Under the pieces are notes generated by a model, which searched no databases, had not been told where the DNA came from, and was given only the letters and a program-made list of their open reading frames with translations. Below, one piece after another: positions 29,436 to 40,187 of a DNA stretch of 64,000 nucleotides; the stretch's first letter is position 1, and each line of letters begins with the position of its first letter. The position numbers and the translations under genes were made by a program. The stretch is from positions 324-64,323 of the forward strand of contig JBDKUY010000071.1 of NCBI GenBank assembly GCA_039679445.1. Direction: 5' to 3'. The stretch comes from Methanofastidiosum sp. (lineage in GTDB: Archaea; Methanobacteriota_B; Thermococci; Methanofastidiosales; Methanofastidiosaceae).

Positions 29436-30719
29436 ATGGTTAAAGATATTATTTTTGGATTGACAGAGAAAAAGTACAGATGGATTCTTTTATTAACTCT
29501 TGCATTAGTATATTTTTTTGTTTACTTCCACAGGGTATCCTCGGCAGTTATATCAGAGGATTTGCTTCAAGAATTTGGAGTGTCTGCTCTCTCTTTAGGC
29601 CTTTTATCTTCTATGTATTTCTATTCTTATTCTTTATTTCAAATACCGGTAGGAATATTTTCTGATACTTTGGGGCCAAGAAAAACAATAGCCTTTCTTA
29701 CAATCTTTTCCGCTGTGGGATCTTTCCTATTCGGAATTGCCCTGAACTTTAACATGGCTCTTTTTGCAAGACTTATAATAGGGATTGGTGTTTCAGGTGT
29801 ATGGATACCTGCCCTAAAATTATTTTCTGTTTGGTATTCTAAGAGAGAATATGCAACAATGACTGGAATCTTACTTGCAGTCGGAAATGTAGGGGCACTT
29901 TCTGCGTCATACCCTCTAGCCATGATTTCATACGAATTTGGGTGGAGATTCGCATTTTATATTATTGGGATAATCTCAATATTTCTTGCCATTATAGCCT
30001 GGGTATTCATAAGGGATTCACCTGCACACTATTTGAACAAAAATAAGGAAACAGAAAAATCAAACTCAGTTCCTAAGCGGCAATATATTTCTAAAGAACA
30101 CATTAAATTGATTTTTAGAAATAAAGATGTCTGGATACTATCTATTTGGCTATTTGTGGTATATGGGGCTCTGCTTGCTTATCAGGGATTGTGGGCTTAT
30201 CCTTATTTCAGGGATGTTTTTAATCTATCTAGAGGTGCTTCCGGTTTTATCCTAATGTTTGTTAGTATTGGAATGCTTATAGGATCCCCTTTTGTAGGCT
30301 ACTTTTCGGATAAAATTATGAAAAGCAGAAAGAAAGTAATCATCATATGGCTTGCTTCATTTATACTGCCCTGGATATTGATTTCATTTTTTACCGCACA
30401 GCTAAATGTAAGCCTTCTTTACCTACTTTCATTCTGGATGGGATTCTTCGGATGTGGAAATGTTGTAGTATTTGCAATTATAAAAGAGCAATTCCCGCTA
30501 GAAATAACTGGAACAGTCCAGAGCATAGTTAATGTTTTCCCATTCATCGGCGCAGCTTTCTTTCAGACATTTCTGGGATATATACTAGATATTGTTGGAG
30601 GATTTGACGGGGTATACCCTGTGGCTGCTTATAGTCTGGCATTCAAATTTGTATTTGCCTTTGTTATCGTAGTATTTATTATGTCATTCTTCGTTAAAGA
30701 AACACTAACAACAGACTAG
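29436..30719 (+). CDS. MFS transporter
   Basis: About 12 TM segments, YFHRVS, G..SDTLGPRK, G.FSDKI...RK. Confidence 0.92.
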   Translation: MVKDIIFGLTEKKYRWILLLTLALVYFFVYFHRVSSAVISEDLLQEFGVSALSLGLLSSMYFYSYSLFQIPVGIFSDTLGPRKTIAFLTIFSAVGSFLFGIALNFNMALFARLIIGIGVSGVWIPALKLFSVWYSKREYATMTGILLAVGNVGALSASYPLAMISYEFGWRFAFYIIGIISIFLAIIAWVFIRDSPAHYLNKNKETEKSNSVPKRQYISKEHIKLIFRNKDVWILSIWLFVVYGALLAYQGLWAYPYFRDVFNLSRGASGFILMFVSIGMLIGSPFVGYFSDKIMKSRKKVIIIWLASFILPWILISFFTAQLNVSLLYLLSFWMGFFGCGNVVVFAIIKEQFPLEITGTVQSIVNVFPFIGAAFFQTFLGYILDIVGGFDGVYPVAAYSLAFKFVFAFVIVVFIMSFFVKETLTTD

Positions 30720-30728
30720 AGATATACC

Positions 30729-31952
30729 ATGAAAGTCAATGCAAAAAGAATTGAAAATGACATAATTAAAATAAACAATTTTAATTCAACTCCTGGCCAA
30801 GGCATCAGCAGATTAACATTTACAGAAGAGTATATGGGTGCAATGAACTACATCTTCAAGGAACTTGAGAGAATAGGTGCAGAGATAAACATAATGAGGG
30901 GAGGCAACGTAAGGGCACGATTAGAAGGGAGTGAAAAATATACACCTTCAGTTATGATTGGCTCACATATAGATAGTGTTTTTCACGGCGGCATGTTTGA
31001 CGGCATTGCAGGAACAGTGGCGGCTTTAGAAGTCTTGAGGACTATTTCTGAGAACAATATTTCTCACAAAAATTCTATTGATTTTGTCATGTTTGTAGAA
31101 GAGGATGGCTCAAGGTTTTTATCAGTCTTATTGGGGAGCAGAATATGGGCCGGCAAAGTAAAAGATGAAGATTTACCAAAGATATTAGATAAAGATGGAA
31201 TAAGCTACTTTGAGGCAATGATTAAATCAGGACTCATTCCAAAGGACGAATCAATCCTGGATGGAAAGAAGATTAAGGCAATGATTGAGGTCCATATTGA
31301 GCAGAGTAGAGTTCTTGAGAGTAAAGGCCTTTCAATAGGCATTGTTGAAACAATTGTAGGCATAAAACAGTTAGAAGTAACAATAGAAGGTGTTTCAAAT
31401 CATGCTGGTGCAACCCCAATGAATTTAAGAAATGATGCTCTATGCGGGGCAGCAGAAATTATTTTGAATGCTGAAAAGTTTGCTTCAGATAATGGAACTT
31501 CAGTTGCAACTGTGGGTTTTGTAGATATCAATCCAGGAAAAAATAATATTATACCTGGAAAAGTCAGATTGACCCTAGATATCCGGGACCGGGATGATTT
31601 TACTCTAAATGAAATAACGGATAGAATAATCAATTCGATTGACTCAACATGCGAAAACAGAAGCCTTACTTATAGCATTAAACAGGCGTCGTATACTAAA
31701 CCAGTTCTTTTATCAAAAAGGGTAGTTGAAGTAATAGGGAATTCTGCTAAAAATCAAGGCGTCGATACATTGAAAATGGTAAGTGGTGCAGTACACGATT
31801 CATCGATTATTGCAGAATTAACTGACGTCGGTATGGTCTTTGTTCCTAGCAAGAACGGCAGAAGTCACTGCACGGAAGAATATACTGATTTGAAAGACAT
31901 TGAAATAGCTGCAAATATTCTATTAGAAGTGGTAATAGAGCTTTCAAAATAA
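30729..31952 (+). CDS. Zn-dependent amidohydrolase, M20 family (allantoate / N-carbamoyl-L-amino-acid amidohydrolase type)
   Basis: GSHIDSV..GG.FDG..G, EEDGSRF, EVHIEQ, NHAGATPM..R.DAL, SGAVHD, SHC.EE. Confidence 0.9.
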   Translation: MKVNAKRIENDIIKINNFNSTPGQGISRLTFTEEYMGAMNYIFKELERIGAEINIMRGGNVRARLEGSEKYTPSVMIGSHIDSVFHGGMFDGIAGTVAALEVLRTISENNISHKNSIDFVMFVEEDGSRFLSVLLGSRIWAGKVKDEDLPKILDKDGISYFEAMIKSGLIPKDESILDGKKIKAMIEVHIEQSRVLESKGLSIGIVETIVGIKQLEVTIEGVSNHAGATPMNLRNDALCGAAEIILNAEKFASDNGTSVATVGFVDINPGKNNIIPGKVRLTLDIRDRDDFTLNEITDRIINSIDSTCENRSLTYSIKQASYTKPVLLSKRVVEVIGNSAKNQGVDTLKMVSGAVHDSSIIAELTDVGMVFVPSKNGRSHCTEEYTDLKDIEIAANILLEVVIELSK

Positions 31953-32090
31953 ATCAAATGTCTAAGGTAAACACAAGCGTTGTAAGAAACGATATAATCC
32001 TCTTGATTTTTATTTATTTGGCCTGATTTAAAATCTTTTGTATTTTATCTTAAAAACGTTTAAATTCAAGAATATAAATCTAATACTGTC

Positions 32091-33815
32091 ATGAGCAATG
32101 ATCTTTATATAACAAAAAATTTTCCAGAAGAGCCCGGCGTCTACATTATGAAGGACTCCAAAGGGAATGTTCTTTACGTAGGAAAGGCGAAATCCCTAAA
32201 GAAGAGGCTTGCTTCATATTTCCAGAAAAATATCCCGGATAGAGTATCTTTTCTCATGAGCAGGGTAGATGATATAGAGTATGTTGCTACAGATAACGAA
32301 ACAGAGGCCCTTTTACTTGAGTATAATTTCATTAAAAAATACAAGCCCCGGTATAACATTCATTTTAGAGACGATAAGAAGTATCCTTATATCAAAATAA
32401 CAAATGAAAAATTCCCAAAGATAATAGTTTCAAGAAAGATTGAAGAAGACGGCGCTTATTATTTTGGCCCATATTCTGACGTGGGTTCGGCGAGAAAAAT
32501 GCTTGCACTTGCAAGGAACATATTCAAGATAAGAAGCTGTAAAAAAATGGGTAAAAAACCGTGCCTTAATTTTTATATAGAAAGATGTACAGCACCATGT
32601 TCTGATCCTAAATCTAAAGAGGATTATAATAACAGAGTAAATGAGCTATTGATGTTTTTTGAAAACAGAGGAGAAGAGCTAATATCAAAGCTGAGCGATG
32701 AAATGAACTCCTCCTCGAAAGATCAGGAATACGAAAAGGCCTTAGTTCTAAGGGATAAGATAGATGCAATCAGAAAGTCAATGGAGCAGCAAAAAATCTT
32801 CCTAGATACCCCGATAAATAAGGACGTCATAGGCTATTACGACAAAGAATCAATATGCATCTGCGTAGTTATGGTGAGAGGCGGGGTACTTACAGGAACT
32901 AAAAATTACCCCATAGGAGAAACTTTGTTTGAGCGAGAGGATACTTTGTCATCATTTCTAAAGCAGCATTATAGGGAAGAATTTTTGCCAAACAAAATTA
33001 TCTTGCCTTTTGATATACCCGATAAAGAGGAAATCCAAGAATTTTTATCAAACGGGAAATATGATATAAAAATAACTCCGGCTTCATCGATTCGTGAAAA
33101 GGAAGAAGTGCTTCTTGCAACAAAAAATGCCGAGCTTTACTTATCATCGAAAAAGAAATCACCGCTCGAAGGGCTTATGACTTCACTTGGGCTTGAAAAT
33201 CTGCCCAGAAGAATTGAGGGATATGATATTTCAAATATAGGCCCAGAAATAATAGTGGGATCTCGGGTAACTTTCATTGATGCCAAACCTTCAAAGGAGA
33301 ACTACAGAATATATAAGATAAAGACTGTGATTGGCCAGGACGACATATCTTCCCTAAGGGAGGTGCTAAACAGAAGATTTAAGCACAAAGAATCACTGCC
33401 AGACCTTTTATTGATTGATGGCGGAAAGGGCCATTTGAACATAGCCCTTCATGTACTCGAATCTCTCGGCCTTAAAATACCAACTGTTGCCCTTGCAAAG
33501 CAGGAAGAGGATCTTTATCTCGAGGATGGACTAAATCCAGATATGGATGCTGATTCTAAGAACCTTCTAATGAGGATTAGGGATGAGGCCCATAGATTTG
33601 CGATAAAGAATCTAAGAAACATGAAAAGAAAAGCAAGTGTTCACTCTCCCCTAGATAATATAAAAGGGCTTGGACCTAAAAGAAAAGCCAGGCTACTTGA
33701 AAGATTTGGATCTATTGAAAATCTAAAGAAGGCAAAAATTGAGGAGATTGATGATGTTATTAAAAACAGCACCCTTTCTGAGGGTATTTTTAATTTTGTT
33801 AAAGCTTTGAAATAA
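32091..33815 (+). CDS. uvrC: Excinuclease ABC subunit C
   Basis: PGVYIM..YVGKAKSLKKRL.SYF GIY-YIG domain, RIEGYDISN, LIDGGKG, RDEAHRFA, HhH. Confidence 0.97.
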   Translation: MSNDLYITKNFPEEPGVYIMKDSKGNVLYVGKAKSLKKRLASYFQKNIPDRVSFLMSRVDDIEYVATDNETEALLLEYNFIKKYKPRYNIHFRDDKKYPYIKITNEKFPKIIVSRKIEEDGAYYFGPYSDVGSARKMLALARNIFKIRSCKKMGKKPCLNFYIERCTAPCSDPKSKEDYNNRVNELLMFFENRGEELISKLSDEMNSSSKDQEYEKALVLRDKIDAIRKSMEQQKIFLDTPINKDVIGYYDKESICICVVMVRGGVLTGTKNYPIGETLFEREDTLSSFLKQHYREEFLPNKIILPFDIPDKEEIQEFLSNGKYDIKITPASSIREKEEVLLATKNAELYLSSKKKSPLEGLMTSLGLENLPRRIEGYDISNIGPEIIVGSRVTFIDAKPSKENYRIYKIKTVIGQDDISSLREVLNRRFKHKESLPDLLLIDGGKGHLNIALHVLESLGLKIPTVALAKQEEDLYLEDGLNPDMDADSKNLLMRIRDEAHRFAIKNLRNMKRKASVHSPLDNIKGLGPKRKARLLERFGSIENLKKAKIEEIDDVIKNSTLSEGIFNFVKALK

Positions 33816-33883
33816 GATTATCGATAGACGAAATTGGATATCCAAAACAAAACCTATATATATGACACGCTTCAAGTATATAT

Positions 33884-35272
33884 ATGGATTCTGGGTTCGC
33901 TGAACTATTACTAAAGGCAAAGAATAAAATTCTTGAATCCAAAGGTTCCAAAGTTAAAATTATTTCTCATATCGATGCTGACGGAATTTCCGCTGCATCA
34001 ATTCTGTCCCTTGCATTGGATAGGCTCAACATAAACCACGATGTTCATTTTACCTCTCTTGATGGTATTCCCACTTCCCATTTAGCAGATCTCACCATAT
34101 TCCTTGATATGGGAAGCGGTCAAATAGATTATTTAATGTCAGAACATAAAGACAAGGATATAATTATCCTAGACCACCACCAGGGGGAGTACCACGAAAC
34201 TCCTTTCCTCGAAGTTAATCCAAACAGATTTGGTTACAGCGGATCGGAGGAGGTCAGCGGTTCAGGACTAGCGTATCTTTTGTCATTAGAACTTGACAGC
34301 AATAACAAAGATCTATCTTCAATTGCAATAGTCGGAGCAGTTGGGGATATGCAGGGATCCTGGGGCGGGCTAAAAGGATTAAATCGGGACATCCTCTTAG
34401 ATAGCATAGAAGTAGGTTTGGTTAAAGCCGAAGAAGATTTACTTTTGTACGGTCGTTCAACAAGACCTATCTACAAATCACTTCAGTATTTCTCGGACCC
34501 TCCAATACCGGGCGTTACGGGAAGCGATTCGAATGCAATGGCACTTCTAAATAGCTTGGAAATCCCTTGTTATGAAGGTGACTGGAGAACTGTGTCAGAC
34601 ATGACCTGCGATGAGAAGAGAAAGCTTGCAACAGAAATAATAAGAAAGACAATAACGGCAGTCCCTCAAGAATATGTTTCTTTTATCCCACAGATGATTA
34701 TGGGAGAATCTTACTCACTTATCCAAGAAGAGGATAGAAGCCCTTTGAGGGATGCTTCGGAGTTTGCAACTTGTCTTAACGCCTGCGGTAAAAATGGCAG
34801 GCCCGAGGTAGGATTTTATGTCTGCAAGGGTAACAGGGGCATATACTACGATATACTGTTAGGACTACTTAGAAAGCACAGAAAGAATATTGCACGAAGC
34901 ATGAGCCTTGTTGAGAGCAGAGGGGTGGTCATGAAAGGGAAGTTTCAGTACTTTGATGGAAGCGGCATAAATGATACAATAGTGGGTACCGTGGCAAGTT
35001 TAGTTCTTGGAAATAGAGATACTGACCCCTTTTTACCTATAGTTGCATATACAACGTTGCCGAATGACCCAAATGTTTATAAAATCTCTGCACGCTGCTC
35101 AAGATTGTTGGTACTTAAAGGCTTAAATTTAGGAAAAGAGATAAAGAAGAGTGCAGAATCTGTAGGTGGCAAAGGAGGAGGTCACCCCCCAGCATGTGGG
35201 GCATATGTACCAATTGAAAAGTTAACAGAATTTTTACATATATTTGAAGAGAATATAGCAACTAGCATATAG
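33884..35272 (+). CDS. RecJ/Cdc45-like DHH family phosphoesterase
   Basis: SHIDADG, DMGSG, LDHH, GAVGDMQ, LNACG, GGGHPPACG. Confidence 0.92.
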   Translation: MDSGFAELLLKAKNKILESKGSKVKIISHIDADGISAASILSLALDRLNINHDVHFTSLDGIPTSHLADLTIFLDMGSGQIDYLMSEHKDKDIIILDHHQGEYHETPFLEVNPNRFGYSGSEEVSGSGLAYLLSLELDSNNKDLSSIAIVGAVGDMQGSWGGLKGLNRDILLDSIEVGLVKAEEDLLLYGRSTRPIYKSLQYFSDPPIPGVTGSDSNAMALLNSLEIPCYEGDWRTVSDMTCDEKRKLATEIIRKTITAVPQEYVSFIPQMIMGESYSLIQEEDRSPLRDASEFATCLNACGKNGRPEVGFYVCKGNRGIYYDILLGLLRKHRKNIARSMSLVESRGVVMKGKFQYFDGSGINDTIVGTVASLVLGNRDTDPFLPIVAYTTLPNDPNVYKISARCSRLLVLKGLNLGKEIKKSAESVGGKGGGHPPACGAYVPIEKLTEFLHIFEENIATSI

Positions 35273-35273
35273 A

Positions 35274-37067
35274 GTGTTTTTTATGAGTGGCTTCAATGTT
35301 TCTGAGGATCTTACCATTCCGGAAGATAGGATTTTTTTAAATCCTTCTGATGAATTTTATATTAATTATCTAAAATCATATTATGTCATTACAAAGGACG
35401 GGCAGTACCTTTTTGCTTCTACTCTAAAAGGAAGAACGCCAGATAAGGTCTATTATATGGTGCCAAAAGCGTATAAGCTTGGAGTAGGCCAAAAAGGATT
35501 TGATATTGATACAGGAAAAGCTATTTTTAGCATAGTCATGGACTATCTTAGAGCGAAACCTAAGCTTATTGTTGCAGATGGTATACAGGGAGAAAATGGA
35601 TATGAAGTGGGTATAAGGTCAGTTGTAAGTGTAGAAAATCCGCAAAGTGCTTACATCTCATGGATGGGAAAGATGATGGTGTTTCCTCCAAAAGACGGGA
35701 TGAAACCAAGTTGCTACAACTTCATAGTTCCTGAAAAACTTCCAGGAGAATATGTTAATCGTATAAAGAAAGTCTGGCCAGAGTACAATGAGAACGAGCC
35801 ACTTTCACTTTATGATTTTACTGAGATGAAAAACGATATTAGATGTGTTTTGAACCTTGGAATCGATTATTTTGGTGGCGCCTTCAAAAAGCCCAATTTA
35901 ACTATGGTTTGGAACAGGGGAGAATCTGATGAGATGATTTCCTTCCATGCAGGACTTTCTGAAAGCTCTGTTATAATAGGACTTAGCGGTACGGGAAAAA
36001 CTACACTGACCGTTGGACCCAATCTTGAACAGGATGATGCTATTCTAGGTAAAGTTATTTCTAAAGATGGAAAAATTGTTGATGTAAAGCTAATTGGCCT
36101 TGAAGCTGCAAGCTTTGCAAAATCTGAAGGGCTGTCTGAGAAAAGCCCAGAGTACCCAGGTTTGATGAAATCTAAAGACAGAAAACATATTGTTTTGGCA
36201 ATGAACATTGACTGTGAAGGTGTCGAATACGTTAAGAAAAACATAAATGATTACAATGTAGAAATCCCCGAGGCAACTAGCAAAGTAGGCTCATTGCTTA
36301 CCAAGAGCTATGAAAAGAGTGGAACAACTAATGGCAGATTCATTTTTCTCTTCAGTGATTTGAACTCTTCTTGGGGTAAAAAGGACAAGTACCTCAGGAA
36401 TTTCGTTTTGAGCTTTAAGAGATATGATATATTTAATCCCATAATTAAGGTGACTGACCCACTTATGGCAGTTGCATTTGACAGTGCTTGTGAGAGCATA
36501 ATTACTTCTGCTATTTCAGGTAAGGTTCCTGGAACTAGGGTAAGGTCATATTCTGCAACTGACTTTATGGCAAGAGAGCAAGCCGAGCAGGCAGTTCTAA
36601 AAAAGAAAGTATTCTTGGACATGGGGCTTGGGCAGAATGGGAAAATAAACTTTTTAATCATCAATACCGGTTTTGTTGGTGAGTTTGATCTAGAAGGCAA
36701 ATCAATCGGTGGGGAAAAAATTACTGTCTCAGATTCAAAAACACTTCTAAAACTTAGTACAAACAATCTTATTAAGAGCTGGATAAAAGATCCAGTTTAT
36801 GGCTACCTAGTACCATCTCCCCAAGAGCTAAGTGAAGTTCATGGTATGAAGAACTTTGGAGAGAGATTCAATCCACTAAATTATTACTCGCCTCATGATT
36901 ATTTGGAATTTGTAAAGATTGACATAAAGGAGAGAAAGAATTTCCTCCACAATATATTTTCCTCACAAAGTAATTTTGCTAATCTAGAAGATGTCATAAA
37001 TGTCTGGGATGAGATTAGGATACCTTCCCCAAAAGAAATCAAAAAATTCTATGACGTTAATTATTAG
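35274..37067 (+). CDS. Divergent phosphoenolpyruvate carboxykinase (ATP-type)
   Basis: GRTPDK, YFGGAFKK, SFHAG, GLSGTGKTTL, QDD, EAASFAK, TTNGR and INTG match PckA motifs in order. Confidence 0.72.
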   Translation: MFFMSGFNVSEDLTIPEDRIFLNPSDEFYINYLKSYYVITKDGQYLFASTLKGRTPDKVYYMVPKAYKLGVGQKGFDIDTGKAIFSIVMDYLRAKPKLIVADGIQGENGYEVGIRSVVSVENPQSAYISWMGKMMVFPPKDGMKPSCYNFIVPEKLPGEYVNRIKKVWPEYNENEPLSLYDFTEMKNDIRCVLNLGIDYFGGAFKKPNLTMVWNRGESDEMISFHAGLSESSVIIGLSGTGKTTLTVGPNLEQDDAILGKVISKDGKIVDVKLIGLEAASFAKSEGLSEKSPEYPGLMKSKDRKHIVLAMNIDCEGVEYVKKNINDYNVEIPEATSKVGSLLTKSYEKSGTTNGRFIFLFSDLNSSWGKKDKYLRNFVLSFKRYDIFNPIIKVTDPLMAVAFDSACESIITSAISGKVPGTRVRSYSATDFMAREQAEQAVLKKKVFLDMGLGQNGKINFLIINTGFVGEFDLEGKSIGGEKITVSDSKTLLKLSTNNLIKSWIKDPVYGYLVPSPQELSEVHGMKNFGERFNPLNYYSPHDYLEFVKIDIKERKNFLHNIFSSQSNFANLEDVINVWDEIRIPSPKEIKKFYDVNY

Positions 37068-37112
37068 TGAACACCGAAAAGCTTTAAAATAAGTTCATTT
37101 AACTTCATGTAG

Positions 37113-37187
37113 CCCGGCGTGGCCTAGTCTGGTTAGGGCAGTGGACTGTAGATCCACGGATCGCTGGTTCAAATCCGGCCGCCGGGA
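37113..37187 (+). tRNA. tRNA-Tyr(GTA), intronless
   Basis: Acceptor CCCGGCG/CGCCGGG-A (archaeal C1:G72), anticodon arm GTGGA-CTGTAGA-TCCAC, T arm GCTGG-TTCAAAT-CCGGC; upstream BRE/TATA ccgaaaagcTTTAAAA. Confidence 0.97.
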
Positions 37188-37261
37188 CTTTAGGGTTTAA
37201 TGAGTTTATTTGAAAAGGTTTCTAGAGTAACCTTTATATTTCTCCAATCTATTGATACTCT

Positions 37262-38440
37262 ATGTTTCAATTAGAATTACGCTGGAAAATTCTAATCATC
37301 TTATCGGTATCTGCAATTCTATCTTTTTCATTGTGGTTTAGTGCAAATGCAGTAATACCAGAATTAACAGAGTATTTCAATCTTACAAATTCTGAAAAAA
37401 GTTTACTAAGTATAATAGTAACAATAGGATTTATTGTAGGCGCTCTAACTTATGCAATTCTAAACTTACCCGATGTATTCAAAACAAAAAACGTATTTGC
37501 CGCCTCTGCCGCACTAGGGGGTGTTACAAGTTTCATTGTGGCATTCTTCGTAGAATCTTTTTTTGCATTATTGTTGGTAAGATTCTTTACAGGATTTTTC
37601 TTAGCTGGGGTCTATCCTCCGGGTATGAAACTGGCATCTTCTTGGTTTCAAAAGGAGAGAGGGTTTGCAGTTGGGTGTATGGGGGCATCATTAGCACTAG
37701 GTTCCGGAATGCCGTATCTTTTTAATTTAACAGGCATACCCGAATGGAGAGTACTAATAAGTTTCTCAGGCCTTGCTTCCTTGGTCAGCACCATATTAGT
37801 ATTTGTATTTGTAAAAGAAGGGCCATACACTGCAGGGACAATAAAATTCAGGATAGATAATTTAAAAGATATTTTGAAGAATGAGAAACTTAAATTAGTA
37901 AATTATGGATACTTTGGCCACATGTGGGAGCTCTATGCAATGTGGGCGTGGATTCCAATTTTTTTGAGGGAATCATACTTGAGATCTGGGGCCAATGATA
38001 ATTCAATATTTTTCTTTTCATTAATCACTTTCTTAATCTTTCTATTTGGATCTTTAACAACATTCTTCGGCGGTATTTTTGCCGATAAGATTGGCAAGGC
38101 AGAGTTTAATATTTTGATGCTTTCAATAAGTGGTTTTTGTTCGTTGATAATCGGATTTACTTTTGGAGTTAATAATATTGCAATGATTATTATTGCCTTA
38201 ATTTGGGGAATGGCGGCTGTTGCAGATAGCCCTCAATATTCGGGGCTTGCTACAGAAGTAGGGGATAAAAAATATATGGGAACGGCTGTGACTATACAAC
38301 TTGCAATTGGATTCTTTATATCAATTATTTCAATTAAGCTAATCCCAATAGTTGTAGACATTGTCAGCTGGAAGTATGCATTCTCAATCCTATTTTTAGG
38401 GCCACTGTTTGGGTTGATATCCTTAAGTAAATTAAGATAA
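37262..38440 (+). CDS. MFS transporter
   Basis: Multiple TMs, WFSANAV, RFFTGFFLAGVYPPGMK, GYFGHMWELYAMW, ADSPQYS. Confidence 0.92.
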   Translation: MFQLELRWKILIILSVSAILSFSLWFSANAVIPELTEYFNLTNSEKSLLSIIVTIGFIVGALTYAILNLPDVFKTKNVFAASAALGGVTSFIVAFFVESFFALLLVRFFTGFFLAGVYPPGMKLASSWFQKERGFAVGCMGASLALGSGMPYLFNLTGIPEWRVLISFSGLASLVSTILVFVFVKEGPYTAGTIKFRIDNLKDILKNEKLKLVNYGYFGHMWELYAMWAWIPIFLRESYLRSGANDNSIFFFSLITFLIFLFGSLTTFFGGIFADKIGKAEFNILMLSISGFCSLIIGFTFGVNNIAMIIIALIWGMAAVADSPQYSGLATEVGDKKYMGTAVTIQLAIGFFISIISIKLIPIVVDIVSWKYAFSILFLGPLFGLISLSKLR

Positions 38441-38585
38441 TATTGATTACAATAGCAATCGCCGTTACAATTCATATACTTACCATCAGAAGTATAGAAA
38501 TCAAAAAGCTAAACTTGTAATTCTTAAAGTTATAGATATTTTTTATTTAGAAATACTTTTATAGTCACATTAATTAGTACTTCTA

Positions 38586-39236
38586 ATGGAAGAGATTTTT
38601 ACAAATGTTTTTATTGACGGTGACAAACTTTATACAAAAAATCTTATTAAAGGGGAAAGGGTATACGGCGAGAAGTTAGTTGATTTCAAAGGGAGAGAGC
38701 TCCGTGAATGGAATCCAAGAAGGTCAAAACTTGCGGCCGCTATAATGAAAGGGTATAGGAATCTACCTTTCAAAAAAGACTCAAAGATCCTTTATCTGGG
38801 TGCTGCAACAGGTACCACTGTTTCTCATATCTCGGATATTGTTGAAAATGGAAAAATATTCTCTATTGAGATGTCTGAGAGGAGTATGAGGCAATTTCTT
38901 AATATCAGCGAAGTACGGGATAATATCTATCCAATTCTGGAAGACGCTTCAATCCCCAGCCTTTATTCAGGCCTAGTAGAACAGGTTGACTTTATTTACC
39001 AGGATGTTGCTCAAAAGCATCAGCATGAGATCTTGATTAAAAATTCAGTGTATCTCAAAAAAGGCGGTGTGGTATTCTATTGCGTTAAGGCAAGAAGCAT
39101 TGATTCGAGCAAGCCACCAGAGGAGATATTCAAAGAAGAAATAAAACATCTTGAAAAAAAATTTAACATTGTAAATACAATTGATCTTTCACCATATGAA
39201 AAGGACCACATTATTATAATAGCAATCTTAAGGTGA
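38586..39236 (+). CDS. flpA: Fibrillarin-like rRNA/tRNA 2'-O-methyltransferase
   Basis: VYGEK, REWNPRRSKLAAAI, LYLGAATGTTVSHISD, YQDVAQ, KARSID, L.PYEKDH. Confidence 0.97.
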   Translation: MEEIFTNVFIDGDKLYTKNLIKGERVYGEKLVDFKGRELREWNPRRSKLAAAIMKGYRNLPFKKDSKILYLGAATGTTVSHISDIVENGKIFSIEMSERSMRQFLNISEVRDNIYPILEDASIPSLYSGLVEQVDFIYQDVAQKHQHEILIKNSVYLKKGGVVFYCVKARSIDSSKPPEEIFKEEIKHLEKKFNIVNTIDLSPYEKDHIIIIAILR

Positions 39237-39592
39237 TTAATTTGGAAAAGGTAAAACTTAGATTAAAATTGTTGGTATCTTACCTCGAAAATGGAGATAT
39301 GAAAAAGGCAAGAGAAAACTATCTTCAGATTGCAGAGCATCTGGGGGACTCAGAATTCAATAAAGGTTACGCAAAGGCAATAAATGGTGTAGTAACCTCT
39401 ATGGAAAAAAATGATAGGGATTCAATAATATGCAAAGTAGTTTCAAAGGAATTTGAAAAAAGGGATCTAAAAAAACTCCTGCTTGAATCTACAAAAAGGG
39501 CATCAGAGACCTTTAGAACTGAAGAAGAAAAGGGTTTTGAAACTGCATGGGTAGACCTCCTCTCAATTTATGTTGAAAGGGCAGGAACTTAA
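39233..39592 (+). CDS. Hypothetical helical protein
   Basis: GTG start overlaps the flpA stop (GTGA); weak internal repeat FNKGY..A / EEKGF..AW. Confidence 0.6.
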   Translation: MINLEKVKLRLKLLVSYLENGDMKKARENYLQIAEHLGDSEFNKGYAKAINGVVTSMEKNDRDSIICKVVSKEFEKRDLKKLLLESTKRASETFRTEEEKGFETAWVDLLSIYVERAGT

Positions 39593-40128
39593 AACTTTAT
39601 CAAAAGCAACTTTGCTTTTTCTTCAATATAATAAATCCTTTTCAAGAGTTTATTCTTTTCTTCCCTATCGTTGTCATTTCTAAAGTTTGTTCTTTCAAGT
39701 TCTGTTCGTAGCTTAGATAACTTTAATACTTCTCTGAAGCTGTCCTTCTTATCAAGATTCTCAGAAAGCAGTTTGTATTCGATGGATTTTATATTCTCTC
39801 TAAATCTAGTTATGGCGATGGTGTCTTCTCTTGTTTTTTCTTCTGAAAACTTTTGTTCAAATCCTTCTAGTTCAGAATAAATTTCCTGGAATTTTTCCGT
39901 TATTTTTCTGCCCTCTGCTGTCAATCTTATGAATCTAATTCGCCCTTCCTTATAAGACTCAACTAGCCCAACACCTTCCAGCTCTTTTAGGATATTGAAA
40001 ACATGAGGGTATATGGAGCCCACCTCTTCTGCGATTACCGTCGGGTATCGGGGCTTTTCATCTTCAAGCATGCTAAGCAGAATCTCAACAGTTTTTCTAT
40101 TGAAAAAAAGCTCCTTTAAGTCATCCAT
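39589..40128 (-). CDS. Winged-helix transcriptional regulator
   Basis: K.VEILL.M...YPTVIAEEVG..YPHV..IL.ELE..GLVES.KEGR.R.I.LT.EGR. Confidence 0.82.
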   Translation of the reverse strand: MDDLKELFFNRKTVEILLSMLEDEKPRYPTVIAEEVGSIYPHVFNILKELEGVGLVESYKEGRIRFIRLTAEGRKITEKFQEIYSELEGFEQKFSEEKTREDTIAITRFRENIKSIEYKLLSENLDKKDSFREVLKLSKLRTELERTNFRNDNDREEKNKLLKRIYYIEEKAKLLLIKF

Positions 40129-40187
40129 AAAACCTATTTACCTTTAGCCTTAAAATAATTTGCCTTCTATGAGAGTAACTAAAAATT

